Assembly (NCBI GenBank): GCA_036172245.1
Contig: JAYWIR010000019.1
Span: forward strand, 3,038,001 to 3,102,000
Direction: 5' to 3'
Length of the DNA: 64,000 bases
Source: Raillietiella orientalis
Lineage: Eukaryota
Shown here: in pieces, positions 13,897 to 27,141 of the stretch
Layout of the letters: every line of letters starts with the position of its first letter
How positions within the stretch are numbered: the stretch's first letter is position 1
Notes under the pieces: generated by a model
The model's database searches: none
Seen by the model: the letters and a program-made list of their open reading frames with translations, nothing else
Told to the model about the DNA's origin: nothing
Program-made: the position numbers and the translations under genes

Positions 13897-16800
13897 TTTT
13901 TTATTGTTTAAATTTACAATTTGATAGTGCATTACAGGAGGGGCTCTTCGTGTTCTTCCGAGTTTCCTCAGCTGTTCATCCGGGGCATCCATTGCCCCCT
14001 ATTCTGCTGCCCTTCTCTGCATCTTGCCCTTCGTCTCGTGAGAGCTGATCTCTGGGTTTTTCTGGCTGTACACATGTTTCGAACTCCTGCGATATTCCTC
14101 CTGTGATGTGGGTTGCGTAGATGTCCCTAGAGCATCGGATGCGCAAGGCCACCATTCGGTGCATCATGTTCTCCTAACGTTTCTCCAGGGACTCCAAGAT
14201 CGTAGAGCACTCTGCACTTCTTCCCTATCTAAATCCCGTTGCTGCTTTGCATTGCTTCCCTTCCTTGTTTCTCTGGAGGGCCACTTCCTAGTATTTCTCC
14301 GCTTGGTTTCTCCTAGCTGTGCTGAACGCCTCTCTTCCTCTCTCGAACGGGCAGCAGATGTCAAGCGTTATCATGCGATCGCCACTCTTCCACATTGGGT
14401 CTGGTCACAAGAGGGAGTCTGCTCCTGAAGCTTTTTTGCTTAGCTGACGGCAGAGTCCACTTCGCTTCTTCCACCGCGGCAATCCTGATCATTTCCTGGA
14501 TCGCATTGAACCGCCTAGTGAACAGACGATGGTGCCTTCTGCAGTGGTTTAAGATATGAGGCAACGTTCCGTCTTTTATCTGGCAGCGTCGACACGTGCG
14601 ATCCACTGGTTTCCTCGTGGTCTCGGCCCTTATTGGGAGGACGCTTGGCCGAGCCACGTGGATGAATCTGTTATCTAGGAACCTCAGGTGCTCTCCGTTC
14701 GTGAGGAAGAAGCTTGAAGCGTGGTGCATGCCCAGACACTGCATGGCCCTCCCTTGACTGAGGTGCTCTTCAACAGGGATTGCCATGCGTGCTCTCTCTG
14801 AGATGCTCTCACGCCGGAGGCAAATCTTCTCATACTACTGCTGAAGGTGACACCGTCAATCGTTGTGCTGGACTCTCCACAAGTACATTTCCAACAGACT
14901 TTCGTTCTCCTCGAGGCTCTTCTTCTTTTGGACCACAAGCTCTCGATGTCCCTGCCACGCTGCGCGAATTTTCCCGAGGAAGTGCCCGTTATAAATTCTC
15001 CGAGATCTCCGTCTGATGGTGGTTCGAGGAATCTCTTTCGGACCACTTCTTTAAGCGTCCCCTGGGTCAGTTTCTTGACTGCACCGACTGGAGAGGTGAG
15101 TAATCTGAGACGGCTGTCCATGATGCATCGGCCAGCTCCGTTGGTCCCTTTCCTTCTCTCTCCACGTAGGCACTCATTGGCTGCCCGGGAAGGGAGATGC
15201 AGAGCTTCATTTTCCGTCGAATTTTTTTGTCTACCTATTGCCATTCCTCCTTTTGATGGGTGCCAACCTCTCGTAGTGGACGAGGCTGGGGAAGAAGGTC
15301 TTCATGGCATCAATTTTTCGCCATCCAGATATTCCACTATCTAGTATGGCACTTGCCCCTTGGCAGATTTCTTCCTTCGACGGCATGAGTTGAACACTCT
15401 ATCCCGAAGGAATTCCCAGGTATTTGTACGCCTCTGACAAGGCTCTGCAGGGAATTCTCCGGTTCCTCACCTCTACCCCTATTTCCCTTGGTCCTTTCGG
15501 AGTTTTTCCTTTATAGAACAGCGAGGTGCGCTTGGCTGGGTTGACGGATAGGCCCTCATGACCTACTAATTCTTGAAAGTAAACTACTCTTATTTTTAAC
15601 TCTTTCGCAACCCTGGCTAGGATGACAATGTCGTCGGAGTACGCCAGGGCCAGATATAAATCTTCCCTGCAATTCTCCCTCATTGAGCGGAGGATAGATT
15701 CGATTGCTGTGACGAAGAGGAGTCAGCTCAGTGAGCAGTCTTGCTTCCCTCCTCGACGCAAGAAGGTCCTCGCTGGTGTTGATTCCAGCTGAATGTAAGT
15801 GGAGTTTCCAGAGCAGATGTCCTTCACAATGCTGATGGATTCGCTGCCTGCCTTATGCCTCCTTCAGTGTTTCCAAAATCATCTCGTGGGATATTGTCCC
15901 AAAGGCATTTGCAAAGACTATGAAGACTCTGCAGAAATCCCGTGACCAGAGGCAAGCAGAAGCCAGTCTCATCTGGATAACGATGCTCAAGCACCTCGCT
16001 CAAGGGCAGGAAGCCCTTCTGTTGGGTGCTAATCAATCCGTTCTCCATGATCCAAGTCCTCAGTCTGGAGGCCAAGCATTTGGCATGCAGTCCGTAAACG
16101 CTGTTTCCGATTGATATTGGCCTCCAGCTGGAGATGTCCTCTGCTGCGGAGGGGTTCTTTGCGATGAATACAGTTCTGGTTCATTTTCAGTCCTGAATCC
16201 GACAAAACTTTTTCAGTAAGTTGAAACATTGACGTCAGCGTCTCTGCTTCCGGATACACACTTCTCCAGCCAGAGTATTTGATTCCATCCACTCCCGGGG
16301 AGGAGTTTTCGGCATTTTGCAGTATTGCTGCCACTTCCTGAGTAAATGGAGATCAACCTAGGGGGGATGCTTCTCTAGTTCTTCCAAGTGGTATCTTTCT
16401 TGAGAGTCCTCCACTAGACTCATATTCCCTTTCTAGCTCCCGATGGAAATGCTTCTCTAAGATCTTCGGTTCAATTTTACATGCGTGGTCTTGTTGGCTC
16501 AGGATGACTCGGATTGCCCTTCTTCTGTTTATGTTGTAGAGCTTCTGGAGAAGGATCTGTTACTTGGATCGGTCCTCGGCATACTTCCGCTCTTCATCCC
16601 TGCCTCAATTCTCAACACTTCACATATTCTATCTTTCAACGATTGGTACGCCACGAGGAAGTCCTCCCAGAGAGGCTTTTCTTCATCTGACATCTTCTGG
16701 AGTCGGATTCTTCCTTCGACAAATTGCGAGGAGTGATTTACTTTTCGTATCCACTTTATTTTATTGCTCCCTGGGTTCGCTCTCGCCAGCATCGTCTTGG

Positions 16801-18200
16801 CTCTGCTTCTCTCTTGAGCAAGCTGTTCACCCCTCTGAGCGTCTGAGGATATGGGATACTGGTCCACAAGAAGAGGGGAGTAAAACCATATTCTGTAATC
16901 AGGGGGGGGTATTTTTACCCCGTTACATTTATTTAAAAAAAAAAAAGCAAACTACAAGTAAGAAGAGAAGAAGGGTACCTTTTCAAAAACAAGGAATGTC
17001 AAAACAAAAAAAAGTTCATCCGGGATAACCACTGACACGCAGACCAGCTTCCACAAAGCAGGGAACGGAGAGGGGAACAATAAATGAATAAAAAAAACAA
17101 AAACAAAAAGTGGAAACAGAGGTTTTTGGTTTAAGACGTTCCTTTATTTCTAGAAGCAGCTCTGGACGGTGGCAATCTCCCTAGCGACTTCTGCTAGATG
17201 AGATCACCTTGCTGCTGTCTTCATGAGGGCTGCTGCCATGCTGGTGGCCTCCTTTCGCCACGAACCTGGCTCCAAGACGTGACGGACTGTCACTATGGCG
17301 CGGATGCAACAGACTGTTGCAATCACAGTGCTCTTCTTCAGCCTGCCTTCGGTGGAGAAGCGTCGCAGCAGGTCCAAAGCGGTGTCCTGCGGTTGTCGTA
17401 GCGCCGAAGCGAGTCTCTGACATAAATTCTTCAGGGCACCGCAGTCTAACAAAAAATGAGGGAACGATTCCATCTCCCCACACCAGAATGGGTTGTAACT
17501 GCTCTTCATCCGTGCATCCTTTTACATTATCTTCGAGTAGTGGGCCTATGATCGAGTCTTGGTTGCCGAAAAACCCTCTTTCTCCATGTCTTCTGATGGA
17601 CGCATCTCGGACATTATTTTTTCCAGCATGCATTCTTCCCTCGCATCTTCCGGTTTCTGTGTCGCTTCTTGTATGATATCCCTCCGACTTTCCTTTCTAG
17701 GTAATACCGTAGACGAATCCCTTTCAGAGGCTTCCTTCCTCCTTGCTTCTCCTTCGGTTGCGGTTTGCCGTCTCTCTGCCTGATCATTCCAGATCTGGTA
17801 GTTCAGCAGGCTCCTTGTGGAGAAGTCCATGCCACATCCGGCTTGATTCAGACGAGCCTTGGTAAGACTTGCACCACAACCGTGGGAGCAGGTGAGGAGG
17901 GTTTTCCGTCGCAAACGTGGGTGTGAGGGTCTTGCTGATGGGATGGCCACTGTACACCTTCTGCACCTATGTTTCATCTGTACCTCCTTGATTCTGTGCG
18001 CAGCCGTCATGTGTCGCTTTATCTCTTGCACCTGGAGGCGAACCATTGCAAACCTGGAGATGTGGTCGCATCCAGTCATGTCACAAGCCATTGGTGATCC
18101 CAGTGGGAATACTAGAACCATTTCGCACTTGCGGATTTCTGCTTCCGGATCGTCAATGCAGGTTCATCTGTACGAAGGGACCAACGTAAAGGCATCTGAG
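13897..18200 (-). mobile_element. Degenerate near full-length RLE-type non-LTR retrotransposon, Utopia/NeSL-like
   Basis: Motifs occur in the correct order on the minus strand across stops and frameshifts: N-terminal zinc fingers (FPLGSPMACDMTGC...IKRHMTAAH...CRRC, 17546-18121); RT (SSPGVDGIKYSGWR, LISTQQKGFLP, GGKQDCSLS*LLF, LAYSDD at 15630-15641, YKYLGIP); QGRAMQC...ASSFFLTNGEHLRFLDNRFIHVAR; CCHC (CRRCQIKDGTLPHILNHC); RLE (L*PD...LDICCPFERGREAFSTARRNQAEKY); terminal SRDIYATHITG; 3' AATAAAAAA at 13897-13905. The 5' boundary is approximate. Confidence 0.88.
16890..17530 (-). mobile_element. L1/Tx1-like 3' fragment nested inside the Utopia-like element
   Basis: FWCGEMESFPHFLLDCGAL...DTALDLLRRF...VIATVCCI (C-terminal CCHC region) is homologous to CSRCGTIESFLHLLLDCG...DIARDLLSRF...VMATLCCI at about 1060-1250. 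It is followed by a T-rich 3' UTR and AATAAA near 16930. Confidence 0.7.
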
Positions 18201-21200
18201 AAGACAAAGGTAACCTCATAGGACTGCAATCAAAGCACGCTTTTCACTGATCATGTGCCCGCATCGCTTGCTGGGAAAACGCGCCTCCGCACTGGGCAGC
18301 CAGGTGAGATTGGCGCCGACCGAGGGCCACCGAGGGAGAGGTGCAAGAGGTGCCTCGAATGAACGTTCCGGGAAAACTGAAAATGCCTCGAAACATGCAC
18401 ATGCAGATTGAGAGGAAATCGCTCCAGGAAATGAGCAGGGAGAATCCGTCCCGCGTGCCATTCGCCAGCAGAAGCACAAGCTGCGCAAGAGAAAAGAAGA
18501 TAGAGGTGAATTGACAGCGAAAATGCACTGGGAGGTGACATCACGGATGTGGGAACGCGCTTCCACAAGCGCCAACTGCTCATGCTTGTTTCGAAGGGCC
18601 TCCGCGGAGAAGAGCGTAATTTTGGTTTGGGAAATAGATGGACAATGCAAGATCACCTACAATACAGAAGAATAAGATTTTTCTTGAAGTCTGTTTCTCT
18701 TCTAAGTCGCAGCTACAGTCCAGGGGAGCAGACTATTCCAGTAGGTCCGTCAATGAGAAGACGAGGGATGCGCTCAGCGGCGAGATATGTCTTTCCTCCT
18801 CCTCCTAAATGAGATTTCCGCTCGTTTGGTTCCCATTTCTCCTCCGTTTCAGTACCCCTTGTCCATGCAAATCCTGAGGTGAAGCAGCTGGAATAGACGA
18901 AAGCCTGAACAGAAGAAATGAAGAGTTTTAATAATACAGTAGAAGAGAGTGGGAACATCTTGACTTCAACGAAGAGAAAATGAAGATATTTGCGATGGAG
19001 CAGGAAAGTGTTGGCCCTTTGGCAGCCGAAAAAATACATGATGAGTGCAGTTTTACTAAAGGAAAAAAAATCGACAAAGATACAATAGAGTTAGTTTTGA
19101 GCGATCCTGGAAATCAAGCATGCACCGTCGTCAACGTGAAAGATTTCTCCTTAAAGTTTCTATATAATTTGAGCGAAGAAGAGGCGAACGAATCGGTCCG
19201 TGAATGAGGACCCCTGGGTGGAGCAGAAATCAGTTCTTCCTTGTTGGAAATTTTGCAAGTGCTTTCTGTGGTCATCGTTGTGCCGCGTCATGTCAGCACG
19301 CTGAACCCACGGAGAGAATGCGCAGCTGCTCCTGCGCACGGACCACTCACTGCCAGCGGTCACGAAGAGGACACCACCGCAGAAAAAAAAAAGGGAGGTT
19401 TTCGAGGAGGGAGAATCTGAAAATCATCAGGTTACGCATCGCCACCCGATAATTCGCTTCCTGCTCGTCACTCCTGGAACACAGTACAAAGGGGGACACT
19501 CGTGCTCGAGATGTTTCCAAAGAGAAAAGCAGCGGCGGCAAGGTTTCCAAGACGGCAAGTCATTAGAGCTGCAATTCGAAATGATGGAAGAGGAGATGCT
19601 TGGATATCGCAACAAGGCTCAGGAAACACGGAACGCGTCGAAGAACTACATGATGACGAATAAACACACTTAAAATGTATCATTAGAGCAGTGACATTTG
19701 GATATTGGAATAAGAAAAAGAAAGCTGCATGAATAGAAAAGACAGTCATTCAATAGCTCGCAAAGAAAAAGAAGGGAAAACTGGGAAGGCAAAATGTAAA
19801 ATGGAATCGAGGATTGAAACTGTTAACAGTTAGATAGAATGCAGAATGCAGATGAAGGAGGACGCTTTTTCAAAAGGAATGTCCGATGGCAGTTGATGAG
19901 CTAGTCACTGGGATGAACGTCGTCCTTAATTTCTCACGAGAAGATAGATGGTTAATAGAGCTCAGATGATCGAAGAGATCTTTTGGAGGTTCCCTGACCA
20001 TTTGCCTCTCCGGCCAACTCTTCTCAGTAGAGAATTCTACTTCGCTGAAGCTACATCGCTTCATGATTTAACACACTTTTTGGTTTCTCTTGAGCGTCCT
20101 GCCTTTGTCCTCGCTGCACACGACTTACCTTTGTTAAATCTCGCGTTCTTGCGGTTCTTGTTCTTGTTCTTGTGCTGTGCTTCAGATCCCCGTGCTCTTC
20201 GCGAGTATTCGACTTTCTGCTTCATTCTTTGGCACTGGAATTCCGAAGCATTGATCCACAAAGATCACAATCAAGGTCACCGAAATCTCAGGAAGAACTG
20301 AATCCAAGACAGGATTCGTCCCGGTAAGTGACCGAAATATAGCGATAAACTTCCTCTATCATTTGCTTACATCCTCTTTTAACATTGTTTTGTGCATGCG
20401 AATTTAAATGAAGCCAAGCAGATGGATCTGCCTGGGGCTATGCAAAGAATTTTTTTCCCTTCTTGAAATCGTTCTTTTGTCAGCAAACTTTCCATACCTT
20501 TACGGAATATTATTGATGGAAGCAGCTGGAAGCACAGATTGGTACCATTCGCGAAGTGACGGACCATTCTTCATCAGCCCAGATGTGACGAGATGATGCT
20601 TAAATGCCCTACAGGATTAGCAATTTTCGCTCCTTGGCTATGGGCAAGGAGGCGCTGCCAATCGAAGACTTTTGCCAAGAAGGTTTCCATGCATCATCGT
20701 TGAGATATCTAAAGTCAGGGGTTCTCCGCTCAGTACGCGCTCATGAGCCCGGAAAGCACGCACGCTTGCTTGAGCTTTAAGAAGTTCCTTCAGTGCTCAC
20801 TCTTCCATCATGTGGATATGCACAGCGCAAGCTCGATGTGTTGTTTATGCCAAGCTCTCTTATGTGTGGGGGTGGATGCGAGCACTGCCTCCTCGGCCCG
20901 TTGAGCCCCAATTCCACCGTTCACTTGGAAACCTCCCACGGCAGAGATGAGGTTTCTGCATCACTTGAGCTGCGTTCCATCGCTCCTGGTTGACCGTTCG
21001 AGTTTGGTTTCGAGATGACCGCCACTAGTTTCGAGGAAGCAGCCTTCGACCGTTCGTTCGTTACGGATTGTGTCTTCAGCGGATCTTTTGAACTCGGATC
21101 TTCCCTGCTCTTGGATTTTCTCCACTTACAGATTTCCACTTGACATCTCACTTTTCCATCTTCTTGACGAAAGCAACTACAAAAAAAAAAAAACACCCTA

Positions 21201-22749
21201 TTGCAGTTATCCTAAGCAAATGCTAAGAGAAACCCTGTGCCGCGAGATGCCAAAAGCATTTCGATATAAACTGCGCCCTGCACGAATGTTCTTCGGATGC
21301 GCAACCAGCATCTCTCCAGAAACGCTGTAAGGCACCCTGGGCAAACACACAGTAGTCAATATTTCTATCAAAGGGAGGTCATTTCCAAGCGTTTAATATC
21401 ATATCGAAAGAAGTTCCTAACATCTCCAGGACGAAAGCAACCTGCTGACATCCTTGAACGAGACACGTTAGCATTTTGTGTATTACGTAACACATCGATC
21501 TTCTTTTCCGTGTTTTCCCATTTTCCATGCATGCATGAAATCATCTTCTCCAGTTTAGCGCTAGCCTGAAAATTCAGTTTTGACTACTACGGGTATGAAA
21601 ACTGAATTTGGTTTCTCGAAAAAGGTGGATTTTCCTTTGCTTTGGCTGCACGTAAGCTCCGTCCGGCTGTCCATCTATTCATGCCACGCAATCTCCAGCT
21701 CCGAAAAATGGTTATGCCTCTATCCTCCTCTTCCTTTCCGGTGTCCACGAAATCCGCTTCCCAGGAAGATCCCTTCACACTGATCAGCTGATTGATTTTC
21801 TCGAGGAGAGGAGCCATGTCTCACTCCCCACTCACCGCTTCGTGGGAAGACATTCCGATTCGAAAAGATGGTACGAAAAATTAAATGAGGGTTAAACGAA
21901 GCAGATGAGAATCCACGGGGAACGCGCTCGGGCTGTGAAACTCCGATTTTGCTACTTGTGTGTCCTTTCAAGTGCGAACTCGGCCCGATTTTCGTATTAT
22001 CTGATTTCTCCCCTGACAACACGAGGGCGTGGGTGCCTTATTTCCCCTCTTCATCTGCGGGTTTGTTGATGAGATTCCGGTGAAGGAAGACGCTTTGTCT
22101 TCGTGGCCAGAAATCGAGACAACAAGTTGTATAAACTGAGCACCGCAAAGAAGACGAGGAAGACTTCGAGCGAGGGGAGAAAATCAAAATGGCGTAATTA
22201 GAAACGGACGGCAGGAAGTACGGAACCGTTGCGTTTCCGACGCATGTCTGCAAGGACAGAGGAAGGGACGGGAATTTGTCGATGGATGATCAGCCATGAT
22301 GACGAAAGTCGGACACGAAAGTTTCGAAGCCTTTAGAGATGATCTTAGATAGGATCATCTACTCGATGATTATCATTCGTCACATTAGAGATCATTAATC
22401 AGATTGAAGCAATAATTTCTTTCGAACTGGAAGAAAGGATGCTACGCACAGGGTGATGAATGGGTCGCTGGGACTTCATTCAAATCGAAGATTTGTGTCT
22501 TCTGCTGCACCTTCCAAATAGCGACTCCTCTTCAGCAACGGAGCAGTTGTCCAAGTCGAAGAGGAGCAACACCACAAGTCGAAAAACTGTCGTGAAAATG
22601 AGAAAGTGAACACGTGCCATCCTGTTCTTGAGTTCGTTGGATTTGGTTGAATCTCGTTCTGTTTCTTCAATGTCGTTTTATTTCTACCGAGGAATGAGCT
22701 TCTCAAGCAGCATTTCTCATGTCTTCTTTGGAAGAAGACCTCCCCCAAG

Positions 22750-23420
22750 AAGAAATCCTCATCTGTTCCTCTTGAAGAGCATAGAGAACAAACTGTTTGC
22801 TCAAAAGAGTCAAAGTATTTCAGGGGTCTTTTCTCATAGTGCCTTAGGTTGTGGTAGATGCTTTGTTCTCATCTAGGCTCTTGAACCATGTGGGCAGAAT
22901 TCTTCCCTGTCGGCTGCCTCCAGATGAGCCCACTTGCTGGCACGTCGTCACCATGACAGTGGCCAGAATAATGACCTCTCTTCTTTTTGTTGTGATCCTT
23001 GCTTCAGGCATGCCACTGCGGCGCCGCAAACGTGACATAGCATCGCCAGTACCGCGTGCCGTGGAGTGCTCCTGAGGAAGAAACGAATGCCTCCACCAGG
23101 CTCAATGGAGTATCGGCTTCGCGCAAGAGGACTACAGCTAGCCTCTTCCGTCTCGGCAGGAGGACACCACACCTCAGCAAGAGGCGCGGGACCGTTTCTA
23201 TGCCACCTCACCTCATGTTGTCCAGGCAAGCGCTACCATTTTTTGCTTTCTGGAAGGAAGTGATTGAAGGGAAACCCCAATGCAAAAAGAGTGCATTCTT
23301 GTGCTGGAGTGGGAGGGAAAACTGTTTGAACGAAGCTCAAAGACTACTAGTTATTCTTCAAGGGTGCCTCGGACGCCTGCCTACTGCACTATTCTACGGC
23401 TTCGAATGCTCATGAGACCG
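22750..23420 (+). mobile_element. L1/Tx1-like ORF2 relic
   Basis: KYFRG (K.LG-like), TVARIMTSLLF..ILA, then ARGLQL in thumb order. Degenerate. Confidence 0.35.
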
Positions 23421-24184
23421 CTTTTCAAGTGCCAAGTTACTTTCTCCGTAAGTCAGAGAGCTGTGCAATTCTTCAGCTGTTGTCAGTGTCTTACCTTCCA
23501 ATCTCTTTTCGTCTTCCACGCCATTTATATGATCCTCTGAGTGGCTTTTTCTTCAAGAAGAGTAAATCCATTCTTTTCCAATAGAGGTACGAAAACTGTG
23601 TCCATTCAAGATGACAAGAGCACCATGGATTATCCAATAATCTTGTTCACTTTATGCAATATCCATTGCTAGGAATCCACCTTTTAGGGTTTCTTTCCTA
23701 TTTTTTCTTCATCCCTATTTTCCATCTACCTGTTTCCCAGATTTGCACGAAACGAGCAAGTGCTTCTCAAGCGGGAGCACATACCTGCATTCCTGGCTTG
23801 TCTTGCTCCCACCACATTAACGGAGCAGCTGCGAACGAGCTCCAAGAGCGCCTTTATGTACTATGCCCTCCATGTGTAAAACACTGTGGAAAGACACAGG
23901 CAGCATTCCGTGCAGGAGAAGTGCTTGGAGGACAATTTGGAAGAAACGCCAGGACTGTCTTTCCCCATTGTCGTAGAAAGGGGAGAGATCAGCACGCCCT
24001 TCGACCAGGATGGAGCACACATAAGGTTAAGGAGATGGCAGCGACGCAACTGGACCGTGTTCTTCGAGCTGGTAATACCGGACAAAGGGACTTCCTCGGT
24101 GGAACGAACTTTTGAACGCGCTTCCTTCGCCCTTCTCCCTCCCTCCTCCTCTCTCCTGAAGAACTCTTCAAGTTAGGTGTCCCT

Positions 24185-24289
24185 GGAGGGACCACCCTAT
24201 GAATCCAGGAAAGCTCCGGAGGAAGGGGTCCGTTCTTCTCACACTTGGAGAGAAAACACGAAGACAACCACTTCTTTATTCTCTCCGGA
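24185..24289 (-). repeat. Two-block dispersed repeat, copy 2 (inverted)
   Basis: 24185-24211 is the exact 27-nt reverse complement of block B. 24268-24289 is the reverse complement of a block A variant. Confidence 0.85.
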
Positions 24290-24921
24290 AGGGCCCCCTG
24301 GAGGGGGCTACAAGAGTTAAATGCAGGCATGGAATATATTTCCAACGAAACAAGAAGCGCTTTGGAGAAGAGCGTCAGCAGCAAGAATAGCATCTCAAAG
24401 CTTGGGAGATGGGACTCGAATGCAGATATTTTAATGTTATGGAATTTTATGAGGAAAGGAAGCCAAACCTTACTCGTCAGGATGAAACGAATCTCTGATT
24501 TCGAGAAGAACGACATTTACTTCTTAGCTGGGTTGCCATAACGAAGGAGGACATGTCTTTTCCTCAAGAGTGCGCACCTTCATCTTTGTTTCCAAGTCGG
24601 GATCCTGGCTGCCATGCGGGTCGTTAAATGAGCTGTTTTGCAGCTTCGCTAAGCAGACGCAACAAAACGACCTTTTTTTTTTTTTCCCCCGTTCGTTTTT
24701 CCGAGATCTTGCGCCGATTCGACTGAATAAAGGTGCCGCCTCTCTCTGGAGACCTTCGTCTCCAGAGAGACAACGAAGGAAGCCTTCGTCCTCCCCTTTA
24801 GGGAACTCGCTATTCAAGAGAGCGTCTCTCGTTGCATCCACACTAGATGTTTCCACGTTTCCGTGTTGCGCACCAAGGTTTTTCCGTTTTGTGTTCGTGG
24901 GGCTTCACGTACGGTTCACTG

Positions 24922-25017
24922 TACAGTTAGTCGTACCTCGGTACTCGTCGGTTTCGGCGCTCGTCACGAGTTCCGGAACGAATTACCGACGAGTACCGAG
25001 GCACCACTATACTTGTA
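24922..25017. repeat. Inverted repeat able to fold into a branched (T/Y-shaped) hairpin
   Basis: Perfect 17-bp stem 24936-24952/24985-25001, with imperfect extension to about 24922/25017. Inner palindromes ctcgt-c-acgag and ttccggaa. Confidence 0.9.
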
Positions 25018-27141
25018 AAAACTTAGCGCATTCCGTCTTCGCGTTAGGGAAATTCGTTGCGAGCTGCGTCGCTGCTTTTCCCGATTTCTTCCCGATCTGA
25101 GAGCTACACTTCCTCCCTCCGTGTTTCCGAGTTCAAAGTTTCTTCATTGCCGAGCTCCAGATCGCAGAGAGCAGGAGCTACCGCTTCAGGAATCCGGGGC
25201 ATTTGCTTCTGAACTGGAGGTAGCTGGACCTTGGCTCCGCAAAGTCACTGCCGCCTTTCAGATGATCTTTACTGCATTTCCTGCTGCTGATGATAGCATT
25301 AATCCGAGACTGTGCTTCATAGATTTGCCCACGATTCCAGGTGCCTCGAACAGCTTACTCGAGGTAAATACGGATCGAATCACACTAGTCGGTGGGAGTC
25401 ATAAACTGTTCCGGAGGCTGCATTCCACGTCCAGTGCACGCATGGATTACGGGCATTCGAAATGCTCCCGATCGTTATGTTTGATCCTTGCAAACATCAC
25501 AGAATTGGAAGTTGTAGGAATTCGCAAGGAACTCAAAGAAGGCCGCCTCCTGTCGCAGCCTGCGGAGGGCACACGCTGCTAGGTTGCATCGGCAGCTAAC
25601 TGAGTCCATTGAATTCACCTGCCGCTAATGAAGATCATTTAGGTAAAGACTCGCATATGTAACTCATAAAAGTGTCAGCAGATGGTACTCGACCGGGGTC
25701 ATTAATTTTGCTGCATGTAAGAAATATGTTGAGGATATACGTCTTTAGTTACAAATCGAGAAACCTACAGAGGTGCTGACCTTCACCCGTGAATGGGATA
25801 TCAACGGACTACTGATGACCGATTGCTTATGCTGCAATGCCAACCCAAATACCTTTCACTACCATCAAATTTGTTTACGGGATAACTGATGACGGAATTT
25901 GAAAATTTTCAGAATTTCATTTTGATGTGTTCCAGAGAAAGTGGAGATAGAGCGATTTAATACAGCTATGCAGGATGATCATTTTTCACTTGGTGGCAGG
26001 ATCGAATTCGTGAAGCCAAAGATACAGAGCATGCTTAGTAGGTTGCGCACAAGATGGTAAAGACACTTCCATGAAACGCCAAGCAAGTTGGCTATAAGAA
26101 GCAACATCTTTCTGAGAGGATTCCAGCGTTGACCAGAACGAAACATACTGGCGACCACAAAGCTGTGTCCCACGAAAGCAATAGGGACGGAGCAAAATGC
26201 ACCTGTCAACACGAGATATGAAAACCATCAGTTTGCGTCCGAGGTAACCTTAAGAGAAGGAAACGAAGAGAGCAAATACAGTACATTCCCATTCTGGGAC
26301 TTCCGAATAAAGTCACTGGGGAGTGGTCATTTTATTCCAGAATTCCTCTCCCCATACTTGTCATCTGAGCAATGTGTATGATTTGACCTCTGGAGGAGAG
26401 AGACAGAGAGAAAGGAAAATCGATGCTCATCACTTTTGCTGAACTCATAAGAAAAAAAAAAAACCAAATGATCATGAGAAAGGGACAAGAGCTGATGTGT
26501 GTTTGTTTCGTTTCTTCAGTGCATTAATGACTCTTTGGAACCAGGATATGAAGAAACGAAAGCTGCTCTTCCTTACTTGTTCCTCGGAGGAATTCTGATA
26601 GGTACAGGGATGAAGTCTGCTACGAAATATAAGATACTGGGGCATCCTTGGATTGAAAGTCAGTTAAACTCTCGTCTCGTCTCTCTCTAGCATCTTTTTC
26701 ATCTCACCGTCTTGATTTCCTCCTATCTTTTGAACTGGGATCTACAGCGCAAGATGCAGCTATTGAGAGTGCATTGCTCTAAGTAGCATCACAGGCTCAA
26801 GAGTTGATGCACGAACCACGGCTTCCTTCAAGAAGTCTTGAAGAACAAGCACTCCAAGACTTCACAGACCGGTTTCTCCAACTGCTAATCAGCAAGTCTT
26901 TCTATTCTTAGAAGATTGACTCCAAGAGTTTCAGGAACGGCTTTGTCGAAAGGGAAGTGACTGGAACATGCTAACTCGGGAGAGATGCTTTCCAAAGCAC
27001 CTCATTTAGCTCTCCAACATCGTGGAATGAATCTATAGATGGCTCCCACTAGAATTATAAAGAAAACACTCCTCTTCTGGCTCCACGAAGTCTCCAGTGG
27101 ACCTCTAGTGGACTTTGGAAGCTGCAAATCGCAAGAGATCG

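Noticed and set aside
18220..18360. HDV-like ribozyme in the 5' region of the RLE element
   Set aside because: A ctccctcggtgg segment is suggestive, but I could not build the nested double pseudoknot.
20120..20300. Minus-strand exon-like segment ending AAAG|gtaagt
   Set aside because: There is no convincing acceptor, partner exon or recognisable protein.
20921..21060. KPNSNGQPGAMER as an LTR integrase SNG.AER motif
   Set aside because: It is a single weak motif with no other integrase residues.
25800..25910. Hammerhead ribozyme cores (ctgatga) here and at other sites such as about 61910
   Set aside because: There is no paired stem II followed by GAAA and matching stems I and III.
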